This document shows, one piece after another, positions 28,820 through 39,016 of a DNA stretch of 64,000 bases. A program made the translations under genes and the position numbers. A model generated the notes under the pieces. It had not been told where the DNA came from and ran no database searches. It saw nothing but the letters and a program-made list of their open reading frames with translations. Location: assembly GCA_002412545.1 (NCBI GenBank), contig DHVG01000013.1, positions 129,315 to 193,314 on the forward strand, read 5' to 3'. The first letter of the stretch is position 1. Each line of letters begins with the position of its first letter. Origin of the DNA: Elusimicrobia bacterium UBA5214 (GTDB lineage: Bacteria > Elusimicrobiota > UBA5214).

Positions 28820-29647
28820 CTATCTTTTTATCAATTGGTCAATTGCTTTTAAACTAGTCAAAAGGTTAAATAATTCTTCTAATTTTAGCATTGTCATTTG
28901 GTCAGATAAAGCTCTCTCGGGGTTAGGATGTACTTCCAAAAAAATACCATCTATACCACAAGCAACACCTGCCCGAGCAAGATATTCAATAAATTCACTT
29001 TCTCCACCACTACTTTTACCTTCTCCTCCCGGTAACTGTATACTATGGGTTACATCAAAGATTACCGGATAACCAAATGAACGGAGTATCGGCAAACTAC
29101 GAAAATCAACAACTAAGTTGTTATAACCAAAAAAACTGCCTCGTTCAGTTAAAATTATTTTTCTATTTTTTGTAGTCTCTACTTTCTCAATAACATTTTT
29201 CATTTCTTGTGGACTTAAGAATTGTCCTTTTTTAATATTTACTACTTTACCGGTATGTCCAACTGCCAATAGTAAATCTGTCTGCCGACAAAGAAAAGCG
29301 GGTATTTGAAGAATATCAACCACTTCTGCAACTGGTTTTACTTCCGAAATTTGATGCACATCAGTCAATACGGGGACAGCAAATATTTTTTTTACTTTTT
29401 TTAATATTCTTAGACCTTCTTTCAAACCTACTCCTCTAAATGATTTTATTGAAGAACGATTTGCTTTATCATAAGAAGATTTAAAAATAAACCCAATCCT
29501 AAGTCGCGAAGTAATTTCTTTTAACTTTTCAACAATGGAAAGAATCATCTTCTCCGAATCAATTACACATGGTCCGGCAATAAGAATAAAAGGTTCATTA
29601 CCACCAATGGTAAGATAATCAATTTTTATTTTCTTTGTTTTTAACAT
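28820..29647 (-). CDS. kdsA: 3-deoxy-8-phosphooctulonate (KDO-8-P) synthase
   Basis: DAHP/KDO8P synthase TIM-barrel pattern (FKSSYDKANRSS, GIDGIFLEVHPNP); 275 aa. Confidence 0.9.
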   Translation of the reverse strand: MLKTKKIKIDYLTIGGNEPFILIAGPCVIDSEKMILSIVEKLKEITSRLRIGFIFKSSYDKANRSSIKSFRGVGLKEGLRILKKVKKIFAVPVLTDVHQISEVKPVAEVVDILQIPAFLCRQTDLLLAVGHTGKVVNIKKGQFLSPQEMKNVIEKVETTKNRKIILTERGSFFGYNNLVVDFRSLPILRSFGYPVIFDVTHSIQLPGGEGKSSGGESEFIEYLARAGVACGIDGIFLEVHPNPERALSDQMTMLKLEELFNLLTSLKAIDQLIKR

Positions 29648-29681
29648 TTATGACTTTTTGAGGATTCATCCCGAAGGGTAA

Positions 29682-30413
29682 TTACCTCTCCTCTAATATT
29701 TTTTCTACTAAAGACAAATCAGCAGGTGTTTCTACACTATGGGTATCTTCTTTAACTAAAACAATTCTAATTTTAAAACCGTGTTCAAGTATACGTAACT
29801 GTTCCAAATTTTCAATTTTTTCCAAAGTACCTACCGGAAGAGTCACAAATTTGAGTAGCCGTTCCTTTGGATAAACAAAAATACCCATATGTTTATAAAA
29901 AGAATAATATTCAATTAACCCCCCTTGTGGGTAAGGTATTGGTGCACGAGAAAAATACAACGCATAACCATCGTAGCTGCATACTACTTTCACCATATTT
30001 TCGTCACGGAATTCGTCACGATTTCTTATTTTTACTGCCGCCGTAGTAAGAAATACATTCTTCTCTTTTCTGGCGATTTCAATAACTTTGTCAATTGTTT
30101 TAGCTAAAACTAATGGTTCATCACCTTGCAGATAAACAATTAAATCAGCAGATATTTTCCTTGCTACCTCAGCACAACGTTCGGTACCGCTTCTCCATTT
30201 CTTGGAAGTCATCATCACGTCTGCACCAAATTTCTCTGCCCTTTCTAAAATTTGTCGGTCATCAGTAGCAATAATTAAATCATTCAAAAATTTGACCTTT
30301 TTTGCCTCTTCCCAAACCCATTGTACCATTGGTTTTCCTAGAAGCAAAGCTAAAGGTTTACCCGGATAACGAGTTGAACCGTAACGGACGGGGATAATCC
30401 CGACAATCTTCAT
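29682..30413 (-). CDS. kdsB: 3-deoxy-manno-octulosonate cytidylyltransferase (CMP-KDO synthetase)
   Basis: IIPVRYGSTRYPGKPL N-terminal signature, QGDEPL motif; 243 aa. Confidence 0.9.
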   Translation of the reverse strand: MKIVGIIPVRYGSTRYPGKPLALLLGKPMVQWVWEEAKKVKFLNDLIIATDDRQILERAEKFGADVMMTSKKWRSGTERCAEVARKISADLIVYLQGDEPLVLAKTIDKVIEIARKEKNVFLTTAAVKIRNRDEFRDENMVKVVCSYDGYALYFSRAPIPYPQGGLIEYYSFYKHMGIFVYPKERLLKFVTLPVGTLEKIENLEQLRILEHGFKIRIVLVKEDTHSVETPADLSLVEKILEER

Positions 30414-31441
30414 TTGAAGTAAACACCTCTGGAAATAATTGTTTCTTTCAATTCTTGAGTTGTGACGGTTGCCGTGCCTAATTTGCCGACCACAATACCT
30501 GCTGCATAATTGGCTAGATACGCCGAATCGTGGATGTCCAATCCACTGGCGATACCTAAACTTAAAACACCTACAACAGTGTCTCCAGCACCGGTAACAT
30601 CATAAACTTCCTTTGCAGCTGTAGGTATCTTAGTAATCTGCAATTTAGAACCAGCAAAAGAATACTGGAAAAGAATCATTCCTTTTTCTCCAAGAGTAAT
30701 CAAAACTGCTAAACAATTTAGTTTTTTCAAAATTTTTTTACCCAATTCTTCAATATCTTTTTCTGAACTTATACGATGCCAATGCATTCCTGCCATCGCT
30801 TCCACAAGATTAGGTGTGACAATCGTTACTTTACGGTAACGAAGAAAATGTTCTACTTTGGGATCAACAATTATGACTTTAGAATAAGCATGGGTAAGAG
30901 AAATAATTTTACTAAGTAAAAAAGGATTAACTACACCTTTGCCATAATCAGAAATAATAATACAATCAACTTTGGAAATAATATTTTTTAGATAATTTAG
31001 AATCTTCTTATTTATGGAAAGAGAAAGATGGCTCCTATTTTCCCAATCACAACGAACGACCTGTTGATGATGGGCAATAATTCTTGTCTTCAATGTTGTT
31101 GGACGAGAATCATCTTCAAATATTCCTTCAATATTAATTCCTTGGTTTGATAATTCAGCAATTAACTCTTTCCCAAGATTATCTGTGCCCACCGTACCAC
31201 TTAAAAACACTTCACCACCTAAAGCAGCGATGTTGTTCGCTACATTACCTGCACCACCAGGCATTGTTTTTTCGTTGGTCACTTCAACTACCGGCACTGG
31301 TGCCTCCGGTGAAATACGAGACACTTTGCCGTATATATATTTATCTACCATTAAATCACCGAGAACAAAAATTTTCGTTTTAGAAAAACAGTCAATAGAT
31401 TCATAAAACTTAACTTTTGAGGCAATCATTTTTTTGGTCAT
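30410..31441 (-). CDS. hldE: D-glycero-beta-D-manno-heptose-7-phosphate kinase (HldE kinase domain, PfkB family)
   Basis: PfkB motifs GGAGNVA and DVTGAGDT; kinase domain only, no adenylyltransferase domain seen. Confidence 0.75.
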   Translation of the reverse strand: MTKKMIASKVKFYESIDCFSKTKIFVLGDLMVDKYIYGKVSRISPEAPVPVVEVTNEKTMPGGAGNVANNIAALGGEVFLSGTVGTDNLGKELIAELSNQGINIEGIFEDDSRPTTLKTRIIAHHQQVVRCDWENRSHLSLSINKKILNYLKNIISKVDCIIISDYGKGVVNPFLLSKIISLTHAYSKVIIVDPKVEHFLRYRKVTIVTPNLVEAMAGMHWHRISSEKDIEELGKKILKKLNCLAVLITLGEKGMILFQYSFAGSKLQITKIPTAAKEVYDVTGAGDTVVGVLSLGIASGLDIHDSAYLANYAAGIVVGKLGTATVTTQELKETIISRGVYFK

Positions 31442-31453
31442 TTCTTGAGGGAA

Positions 31454-32419
31454 TTACTTCTTCATTCTTTCAATTAAACAACGATATAACAAAGGTAACA
31501 GAATTTCATGATGTCCAATAAAAATGTATCCTTTACTATCCTTTGATTCACCGGGACGATGAATAATGTTTTCCCGAGGACGATAATGGTTATAGAGGTC
31601 AAAATTTGCGCGGGTAAAATTTTTCACCTCATATTCAAGATTGCGAGTTAAGTTAAACGCTTTAAGAAATATTTCCGGCAAAATTACCGCTGAACCAAAA
31701 TTAAGTACAACTCCACCATTGCCAAGATTGGTTATACTTTGAGTAAACTTTAAAAAATCAAGATAACTCGTTTTACCCCAGGCAGCACCATCACAACTCG
31801 GATGCTGATAAATTATATCTGTGCCAATGGCAATATGTACAGTCACGGGAATACCTAATTTTTTTGCTTGTGCCAAAAGGCTATACCTAGCGTAGGGCAA
31901 TTTTTTTTGCAATATTGCTTCCCCGACTGCTTCACCAAGACCAAGGTTATTTTTTGCCGCTTCAGATATTGTTTGATTTAAAAAAGTTGCTGTCTCTTCT
32001 GCCATACCAAATTTCCCATCTCTAAGGTTTTCCGCAACATCTTCGGAAGTTTCCCCATGATAGGCAATTTCAAAATCGTGAATCGGACCAGCACCGTTTA
32101 GAGCCAGTAAATTAACAAATCCCATCCTCATCAAATCAATAAGTAAAGGCGAAAGACCACACTTGATGACATGTGCACCACACATAAAAATTATTGGTTT
32201 TTTTTTCTTATAAGCTAAAAGAAGTAATTTTATCAAATTTTGCCAATCTTTTCCAGCAAGTATTCTTGGTAAAGAATCAACAATTCTACTCTCCTTTTTG
32301 AAAGGACGAACAAAATCTTCTATTTTCACTTTACTTTTTCTCTCTTTTAGGGAATAAATTTTAACTTTTGATAAATCAATTTTTTTCATTTCAAATTTTC
32401 CAAGAAGTAATTGCCTCAA
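31454..32419 (-). CDS. deoxyhypusine synthase-like (DHS-like NAD-binding fold) protein
   Basis: Pattern CGAHVIKCGLSPLLIDLMRMGFVNLLALNGAGPIHDFE and IPVTVHIAIGTDIIYQHP resembles DHS-family architecture; weak, by-eye assignment. Confidence 0.35.
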   Translation of the reverse strand: MRQLLLGKFEMKKIDLSKVKIYSLKERKSKVKIEDFVRPFKKESRIVDSLPRILAGKDWQNLIKLLLLAYKKKKPIIFMCGAHVIKCGLSPLLIDLMRMGFVNLLALNGAGPIHDFEIAYHGETSEDVAENLRDGKFGMAEETATFLNQTISEAAKNNLGLGEAVGEAILQKKLPYARYSLLAQAKKLGIPVTVHIAIGTDIIYQHPSCDGAAWGKTSYLDFLKFTQSITNLGNGGVVLNFGSAVILPEIFLKAFNLTRNLEYEVKNFTRANFDLYNHYRPRENIIHRPGESKDSKGYIFIGHHEILLPLLYRCLIERMKK

Positions 32420-33711
32420 TTTTTAATTTCAGTTAATTCAGTATCAATTGAGCCCAGCGGTATTTTTGTCCGCATTAGTACAGGTATTTTCTTTTCATCA
32501 GCAGTCAACCAAATAAGAATCCTTCCTTTGTGCTGGAATATTCCTTCATGTCTTAAAAATGGCTCAATTAGCCAGCAATCAAACTTACCGACGGGAACAC
32601 TCACCTCCTCACGATTCAAAATTTTCACTTCCAATTGCCAATTTTTTCCATTATTATTTACATCAAAAAAATAAGTTTTGCCAAGAGTAAAATTTTGTGT
32701 CCGTATAAAATAAAGTCCCGAGAGAACATCATGGGTGTAGGAATTGATCAAAATCCTTTCATTTTTACCTTCAACTAAGGCAAAACCTCCCTCTTGGTCA
32801 TAAATAACTTTTTCATCCTTACTATAATTGCCTTCTCTTAAATGCTTTTCATAACCAAGTGAACATAAACTTTCTGTATCCATCCAAGATTCATTATGAT
32901 CTCTTACTTTATAGAAAATATCAAAAAATGAATTTGTCCAAGCACGAGAAATAATCCGGTAAGCTTGGCGTCCATTGACTGTGACTTCTTGAGGAACTTC
33001 CAAGGTTGCCCAACCACCAGGAATTACCCCCCATTTGACAATAAAAAGCAATTTTTCACCAACTTGAAAACTTCTATTTTCTAATTTTCTCCAGGTAAAA
33101 TTTGACTGTGACTCCCTATATAATTCACCGAAAGCATAGCGCACACTTATAAATATGCCAACGAGCAAGAATCCAATTAAAGCGAGATATTCTTTATTTT
33201 TACGAAATAATTTAAAATCAAAAAAACTGACCTTTTGTCCATCAAATTTCGTTAAACACGGGAAAAAAAGTGGCACTGCTCGGCTATACTGGAGATAATC
33301 TTCCCCAAAAATTTTTTCTAATTTTTTTTCTTCAGCAAGAATCTGAAAAAAATAAATTATACCAAAACTAAATAAAAAAATTAACCAAATTATACTACTT
33401 CGTGCCCAATATTTAAAAGAACTGCCGGCTAAACAAAAACCAAAACCAAGCAAGAAACTACCTAAATATAAAGGATGACGTACATAAGCATATGGACCGG
33501 AGATACACAATTCTTCAGACTTCCGTAAATAACCCGCTGCCCAAAATCTTATAAGTAAACCAAAAAAGGCAATCTCAATACCAACTACTAATAGAAATAA
33601 TGAAGTCGGGCGGACTAACAAAACATATACTAAAGCAAACAAATAACCAAAACTTACCCGCCAATGGATTGTATATTTCTCTATGGAATTGATAATTCTT
33701 TGAGAATCCAT
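32416..33711 (-). CDS. fusion protein: N-terminal isoprenylcysteine-carboxyl/phospholipid methyltransferase-like membrane domain, C-terminal DUF3108-like domain
   Basis: N-terminal TM region with ICMT/PEMT-type motif ISGPYAYVRHPLYLGSFLLGFG; C-terminal ~250 aa beta-rich domain. Confidence 0.55.
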   Translation of the reverse strand: MDSQRIINSIEKYTIHWRVSFGYLFALVYVLLVRPTSLFLLVVGIEIAFFGLLIRFWAAGYLRKSEELCISGPYAYVRHPLYLGSFLLGFGFCLAGSSFKYWARSSIIWLIFLFSFGIIYFFQILAEEKKLEKIFGEDYLQYSRAVPLFFPCLTKFDGQKVSFFDFKLFRKNKEYLALIGFLLVGIFISVRYAFGELYRESQSNFTWRKLENRSFQVGEKLLFIVKWGVIPGGWATLEVPQEVTVNGRQAYRIISRAWTNSFFDIFYKVRDHNESWMDTESLCSLGYEKHLREGNYSKDEKVIYDQEGGFALVEGKNERILINSYTHDVLSGLYFIRTQNFTLGKTYFFDVNNNGKNWQLEVKILNREEVSVPVGKFDCWLIEPFLRHEGIFQHKGRILIWLTADEKKIPVLMRTKIPLGSIDTELTEIKN

Positions 33712-34247
33712 TCTACCGCCTCGTATAAACTGGGAACAATATATTCAGGTTCTTCCTTCCAAGTATGTCGCATATATTCATATTCACCTTTTCCATAACC
33801 AGTAAGGACTAAGATACCTTTCGCTTGCACACGGTGTGCCCATTCAATATCTTTAATCCGGTCACTTACAACATAACAATTTTTAAGGTCAAGATTAAAA
33901 TCCTTGGCTGCTTGTTCAAATATACCTGTTTTTGGTTTACGACAGGAACAATTATCTTCCGGATGATGCGGACAAAAGTATATTTTATCCAAATGTGCAC
34001 CTTTTTCAAGTAGTAATTTCCCCATTTTTTTATTAATTATTCCAATCATCTCCATAGGGAAAAAACCGCGTGCTACACCTGACTGGTTAGTCGTTACAAT
34101 TACCAGAATATTATTTTGATTCAGCCTTTTTATCGCTTCGGCAACATGCGGAAGTAGAAAGAAACGGTCCGGATGATTCAAATAGCCCATTTCTTCATTG
34201 ATTGTCCCATCCCGGTCTAAAAATACCGCAATTCTTTTTTTCACCAT
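33681..34247 (-). CDS. gmhB: D-glycero-D-manno-heptose 1,7-bisphosphate phosphatase (HAD-IIIA)
   Basis: FLDRDGTIN motif I and CxC Zn-site CSCRKPKTG; 188 aa. Confidence 0.85.
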   Translation of the reverse strand: MVKKRIAVFLDRDGTINEEMGYLNHPDRFFLLPHVAEAIKRLNQNNILVIVTTNQSGVARGFFPMEMIGIINKKMGKLLLEKGAHLDKIYFCPHHPEDNCSCRKPKTGIFEQAAKDFNLDLKNCYVVSDRIKDIEWAHRVQAKGILVLTGYGKGEYEYMRHTWKEEPEYIVPSLYEAVEWILKELSIP

Positions 34248-35134
34248 TATCCTCTTTTCCAGCGATTATGTACCCAAAACCAATAATGAGGGTATTTCTC
34301 AATCCAACCTTCTATAATTCTACTAAAAATAACTGTATTAAGCAAAGTATTTTCACGAATATTATTAACCATTTTTATTTTTAAAGGTTCCTCTACATAT
34401 ATTTCTATTATCCCGTCTTCTTTACGAACACTATAAATTGGAATAACCGCTGTTCCCGTTCTTCTTGCCAGCAGGGCAACTATTGGTGAAGTGGCCGCTG
34501 GACGATTAAGAAAATTAACATAAATATCACCCTCGGTTATCCGCTGGTCAAGTAAAACATAAAGTAAACGATTCGTTCTTAACCAGTTTAAAGCTTGTCC
34601 AATACTATTTTTAGCTGAGATAATTTTCGTCCCAAATGATTCACGAATAAGATTAACGAAACGGTCAACCAAAGGATTCTCTAAAGGACGAGCGATAGCT
34701 AAGATAGGATAACCTTTTAAAGAAAGGGCAGCATGCACAATTTCCCAATTACAAAAATGTGCCGAAAAAAGAATACCGCCTTTACCAGTGGCTAAACTTT
34801 CTTTCAAATATTCTTCACCCTGTATTTTTATATAATGCAATAAATTACCATGAGCCAGTTGTTGCATTTTAATAAATTCAGCTGCCGTTATTCCAATATT
34901 ATCCCATACTTTTTTTGCAATTTGTATTCTTTCCTGTTCCTTTTTTTCTGGAAATGCGTATTTAAGATTATCCGTAACTATTTTTCTTCTTCCGGGGAGA
35001 AAATGTCGTACCAACCATCCCAAAAGGAAACCGCCTCGCTGTGCCCAACGCCAAGATAAAACAAAAAAAATATTTTTCCCCAGCCAAGTAAGAAAATATT
35101 CTAACCACAAACTTGCTTTATTTTTTCTTCCCAA
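34247..35134 (-). CDS. lipid A biosynthesis late acyltransferase (LpxL/LpxM, HtrB/MsbB family)
   Basis: HFCNWE catalytic H-x4-E box; 295 aa. The 34-nt overlap with lpxK suggests the real start may be slightly internal. Confidence 0.75.
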   Translation of the reverse strand: MGRKNKASLWLEYFLTWLGKNIFFVLSWRWAQRGGFLLGWLVRHFLPGRRKIVTDNLKYAFPEKKEQERIQIAKKVWDNIGITAAEFIKMQQLAHGNLLHYIKIQGEEYLKESLATGKGGILFSAHFCNWEIVHAALSLKGYPILAIARPLENPLVDRFVNLIRESFGTKIISAKNSIGQALNWLRTNRLLYVLLDQRITEGDIYVNFLNRPAATSPIVALLARRTGTAVIPIYSVRKEDGIIEIYVEEPLKIKMVNNIRENTLLNTVIFSRIIEGWIEKYPHYWFWVHNRWKRG

Positions 35135-36159
35135 ATATTTTTACCTCGGATAATTTTTAATTCTATTTCCAGAATATAAACCCGTGCAAAAAGACTCTCA
35201 AATTCCGGAGAAATAAATTTTTTTAATTTCATTTCGTCTTTTTCTGTAGTTACTATTAACTCTTGTCTTTTAGATAAAAACAACAAATCTTTTTCCTGAT
35301 ACCAATGGTGGTCAGGAAAATTGTACCGATAAACAACTTCTGCTCCAAGTTTTTCTACCGTTTTTTCGAAAGCATATGGATTAGCAAGTGAAGAAAAGAT
35401 TACGACCCTTTCACCCTGCAAAAAATTTGAATCTACTACTAAAGAATTATCACTTAATAAATGCAAACTTAAAGGTTGATGAATACTTTCAACAATTGGC
35501 ACTTGTGGACAAATCTTTCTTAAATAGATATACCATCTTTCTAATTCTTCTAAATTAACTAAATTAACATTGGTTAAAAGAATTAAATGTGCCCGTTTCA
35601 ATGCCGATGCTGACTCACGCCGAGTGCCCAAAGGAAAAGATGGCTCATCTTCTAAAGAGGTCAAACTATCCAAACAGACAATATCTAAATCTCTTTTTAA
35701 AGACCAGTGTTGGAATCCATCGTCAAGAATTACTAATTCCGAATTAAATTTTTCTTTTGCTAAGAGTCCAGTCTTATATCTATCTTTACCAACAATTACC
35801 GGTACACCTTCCAATTTTTTTGTCAAAAGATAAGGTTCATCGCCGGATTCTTCAAGAGTAACTAAAATTTTTTTTCCATCGGAAACAATTACTACCCCTG
35901 ATACCTGATACTTGATACTTGATACTTGTCTTCTATAACCTCTACTTAATACGGTAATTTTCTTACCTTTATCTCTCAACTCTTTCGCGAGAACAATTAC
36001 AGCAGGTGTTTTACCTGCTCCTCCAAGTGTAATATTTCCAATACTAATCACTTTTATTTCTAATTTTTTACTTACCGTAAACAATCTCTTGATTTTTACT
36101 CCTAAAGAATAAAAAAATGAAAGAATATATAAAATAATTTTTAAAAAAGTGGTTCCCAT
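35101..36159 (-). CDS. lpxK: tetraacyldisaccharide 4'-kinase
   Basis: P-loop GNITLGGAGKTP and VLSRGY motif. Track start 36219 is 59 nt inside the upstream GT2 gene; start preferred at ATG 36159..36157 (MGTTFLKII...), 1 nt after the GT2 stop. Confidence 0.85.
   Translation of the reverse strand: MGTTFLKIILYILSFFYSLGVKIKRLFTVSKKLEIKVISIGNITLGGAGKTPAVIVLAKELRDKGKKITVLSRGYRRQVSSIKYQVSGVVIVSDGKKILVTLEESGDEPYLLTKKLEGVPVIVGKDRYKTGLLAKEKFNSELVILDDGFQHWSLKRDLDIVCLDSLTSLEDEPSFPLGTRRESASALKRAHLILLTNVNLVNLEELERWYIYLRKICPQVPIVESIHQPLSLHLLSDNSLVVDSNFLQGERVVIFSSLANPYAFEKTVEKLGAEVVYRYNFPDHHWYQEKDLLFLSKRQELIVTTEKDEMKLKKFISPEFESLFARVYILEIELKIIRGKNIWEEKIKQVCG
35899..35926. repeat. heptamer tandem array TGATAC(C/T) x4 inside lpxK
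   Basis: tgatacc tgatact tgatact tgatact; in frame, encodes ...RQVSSIKYQVSG... in the region after the SRGY motif. Confidence 0.85.
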
Positions 36160-36160
36160 T

Positions 36161-36925
36161 TTACTTTTTTCGTTTCTCCCAGAGTTTGAAATAGATAAAT
36201 ATCTCCGTGAGCAAATCATGAAGGCAAGCTAACAGACCCGGATAACCATCAAGAAAACCCAATTTTAAAAAATAACGACGGAAAAACCGTGTTCCGGGAC
36301 GCCAAAATAAATATCGCCAGGCAACGAATAAATTTGGTTTTACCCCTTTATTGCGGAGATAGCCAACTTGAAAATCAGTGTAGAAAACTAATTTTTTCAA
36401 TAACTCATTAATCGTTGAGTAGGGATAATGTTCAAGATAACCTTTTAGTGTAGCAATTTTGCCGTCAATTTGAATCCGTTCGTGGACATGTTCACAAAGA
36501 AATTTAGCTTTCCCTTTTTTAAATAGCCGCAGTTGCCGGTCAGGATACTGCCCCCCCCAACGTAGCCATTTACCAAGATAATGATTTTTCCGGGGGGTTA
36601 AGTACCCATTGATACTGGATGCCGGATGCTGGATACAGGACAAAATTTCTTCTTTTAATTCTTTACTTACTCTTTCATCAGGGTCAAGATATAAAATCCA
36701 ATCTCCCTTTGTTTGTCCGATGCCAAAAGATTTGTTCAGATTAAGATTAGGTAAATTAGGTCGAGAAAATATTTTATCAGTATACTTCCTTGCTACCTCA
36801 ACCGTATTATCATTACTTTCACAATCAACCACAATAATTTCATCTGCCCAAGAAATACTTTCCAAACATTTATCCAAGTGTTCTGCTTCGTTATGAGCAA
36901 TGATTGATACTGATAGTTTTTTCAT
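36161..36925 (-). CDS. glycosyltransferase family 2 (LPS core-type)
   Basis: GT2 N-terminus SVSIIAHNEAEHL...VVDCESND and DPDE (DxD-like) motif; 254 aa. Confidence 0.8.
   Translation of the reverse strand: MKKLSVSIIAHNEAEHLDKCLESISWADEIIVVDCESNDNTVEVARKYTDKIFSRPNLPNLNLNKSFGIGQTKGDWILYLDPDERVSKELKEEILSCIQHPASSINGYLTPRKNHYLGKWLRWGGQYPDRQLRLFKKGKAKFLCEHVHERIQIDGKIATLKGYLEHYPYSTINELLKKLVFYTDFQVGYLRNKGVKPNLFVAWRYLFWRPGTRFFRRYFLKLGFLDGYPGLLACLHDLLTEIFIYFKLWEKRKK
36610..36637. repeat. heptamer tandem array (TGATACT GGATGCC GGATGCT GGATACA) inside the GT2 gene
   Basis: Period-7 array sharing the TGATAC unit with the lpxK array ~700 bp away; in frame (..SCIQHPASSINGY..). Confidence 0.8.
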
Positions 36926-37018
36926 TTTTTTAGTTATATCTTAAAACAACATTTCGATTTAAATTGACAATTTTATCAGTTTTACTCAAAGGAAAATACA
37001 TACCGTTTTGTCTTTCAT

Positions 37019-38977
37019 CTATTTAATTCCCAAAATATAGTCAGACATCTGTAAGTAAGCTCTCAAATCAGTTTGTAGATTCTGGAGAACATTTTTTTTA
37101 GATAACGCTAAATCTTCAGTCGGATTTTTAGAGTTGTATTCATAAAGTGATGCGTTTACACCAATTCTATCGATGAGAAAAAATCTTTTATCAATCAAAC
37201 CGTTCAATTTACCCTCAGTGAATTGAGCGAATCCTTCGTCTTCTTTCAAAGCGAATAAATTTCTACCTAATGTGTTATCCATATAATTCAATTTCAAAAT
37301 ACCCATTACCGTAGGCAGCATATCTACTTGTCCACCAAATGTATTTATTCGTTTTTGCTTATTACCTAAAATATGAGGTGCATAGATTAAAAGTGGTATA
37401 TGAAATGCTGAAATATCCAAATCGTATTTAGGCTTATATAAAAGACCCGAATCAGCAGCAATAATAAAAATTGTATCCTTGAAATAATTTTGTTTTTGTG
37501 AAAGTTCAATAAACCTACCTAACGCCCAATCCGAATACTTAAAAGCATTAAATTTTTTTGCCTCTGGCAGTTGTGAATCTACTTTCCCAAAATCAACTTC
37601 AGGAACAAGCCAAGGTCCATGGTTAGTTGCGGTAAGGATAAATGCAAAAAACGGTTTATCCTTTATTTCAGATAACACATTTACCGCTTTTTCAAACATT
37701 ATATGGTCCGGTACACCCAGCGTACTTAGAACTAATTCCCGGCTATAATCTTCTTCACCAATAATTTTTTTAAATCCGTTATTTCTCAAAAAACCTGCCA
37801 TATTATCAAATACCGGGTCATGAGTGCAAAAAAATAATGTTTCATAACCATTGTTTCTTAGAATACTGCCAAGTCCCAAGAATTCTTTTTGCCCTGCCGT
37901 TCTTATCATAATCGATTTTCCAGGTGGTGTAGGCATTCCAATTATACTTGAAAATATACCCGTATAAGTATGCATACCATTGGAAAAAAAATTAGTAAAC
38001 AGTATTCCATTTTTACATAGTTTGTTGAAATTCGGGGTTAAATCTATTTCTCCACCCTGAGCACCGATGAAATTTGACCCAAAACTTTCCATTAGGATTA
38101 ATACTACATTATACTTTATGGAATTCTTTGGGTTGAAAATCACCTCTCTGGTAAGTGAGTAATTCGGACTTATCGCCGGTTTTATTTTTAATAATTCCTG
38201 CGTATGTTTAACTGCATCTGAGATACTGTAAAATTTCAACTCAATCCCTTTCTGGTTTTTGGTCTCAATATTTTCAATTATCGCATTCCCAAAAGTAAAA
38301 ACAGGATTCAAAGCCATCTGGTTTGCAAAATTATAGTCACTAAAATATGCATTACCCCAGCGAATAGGTGACTTGTGATGAATTCTACCTCTCATTCCTA
38401 AAAAAACTAAAAAACTAAATATGAAAAAGTATAGTGTTCTCAACATCAAATTAGGTTTATAATTAAACCGGTCTATCTTTTTGAGAATCTTTTTTACTAA
38501 TATTACAAAACCAATCATCGCTAAAGTAAAGAAAAATAAATACCAAACCACCGGATACATTTCCCAGATCATTTTAATAACAAAAAAAGGTGTGTCTAAC
38601 CAACTTACTGCGAAATAGTTCAATCTACTATTGAACTGTCTAAAAAATTCAATATCAACCAGAGTCAAAAAGTAGACAATAATAAATAGTGTTATCAACG
38701 GTATAAATAAAATATTACGGAATAATTTTCGGCTAAAGAGTTCAAATAGAGGCATATTACCAACAATAAAAAATGGAGCAATTACATAACATGTAATAAC
38801 CATGTCAAACCTCAACCCGACTAAAAATGATTCTACTAATACCCAAAAAGGAACTTCATCCGCAAGATTAAAATTTCTTAACAAAAACACCAACCTAAAA
38901 AACTCAAAAAAAACAATTCCAACAATACAAAGCAGTATAAAAAATATAATTTCTTTCTGTGGCCGGTAGTTTTTCAT
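37019..38977 (-). CDS. membrane-anchored sulfatase / LTA-synthase-family transferase (alkaline-phosphatase superfamily)
   Basis: Five N-terminal TM helices then extracytoplasmic domain with VVLILMESFGSNF and TNHGPW motifs; 652 aa. Confidence 0.7.
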   Translation of the reverse strand: MKNYRPQKEIIFFILLCIVGIVFFEFFRLVFLLRNFNLADEVPFWVLVESFLVGLRFDMVITCYVIAPFFIVGNMPLFELFSRKLFRNILFIPLITLFIIVYFLTLVDIEFFRQFNSRLNYFAVSWLDTPFFVIKMIWEMYPVVWYLFFFTLAMIGFVILVKKILKKIDRFNYKPNLMLRTLYFFIFSFLVFLGMRGRIHHKSPIRWGNAYFSDYNFANQMALNPVFTFGNAIIENIETKNQKGIELKFYSISDAVKHTQELLKIKPAISPNYSLTREVIFNPKNSIKYNVVLILMESFGSNFIGAQGGEIDLTPNFNKLCKNGILFTNFFSNGMHTYTGIFSSIIGMPTPPGKSIMIRTAGQKEFLGLGSILRNNGYETLFFCTHDPVFDNMAGFLRNNGFKKIIGEEDYSRELVLSTLGVPDHIMFEKAVNVLSEIKDKPFFAFILTATNHGPWLVPEVDFGKVDSQLPEAKKFNAFKYSDWALGRFIELSQKQNYFKDTIFIIAADSGLLYKPKYDLDISAFHIPLLIYAPHILGNKQKRINTFGGQVDMLPTVMGILKLNYMDNTLGRNLFALKEDEGFAQFTEGKLNGLIDKRFFLIDRIGVNASLYEYNSKNPTEDLALSKKNVLQNLQTDLRAYLQMSDYILGIK

Positions 38978-39016
38978 AATTTTTCTTTCAACAAGTAAAA
39001 CTATCCCATAAATTCG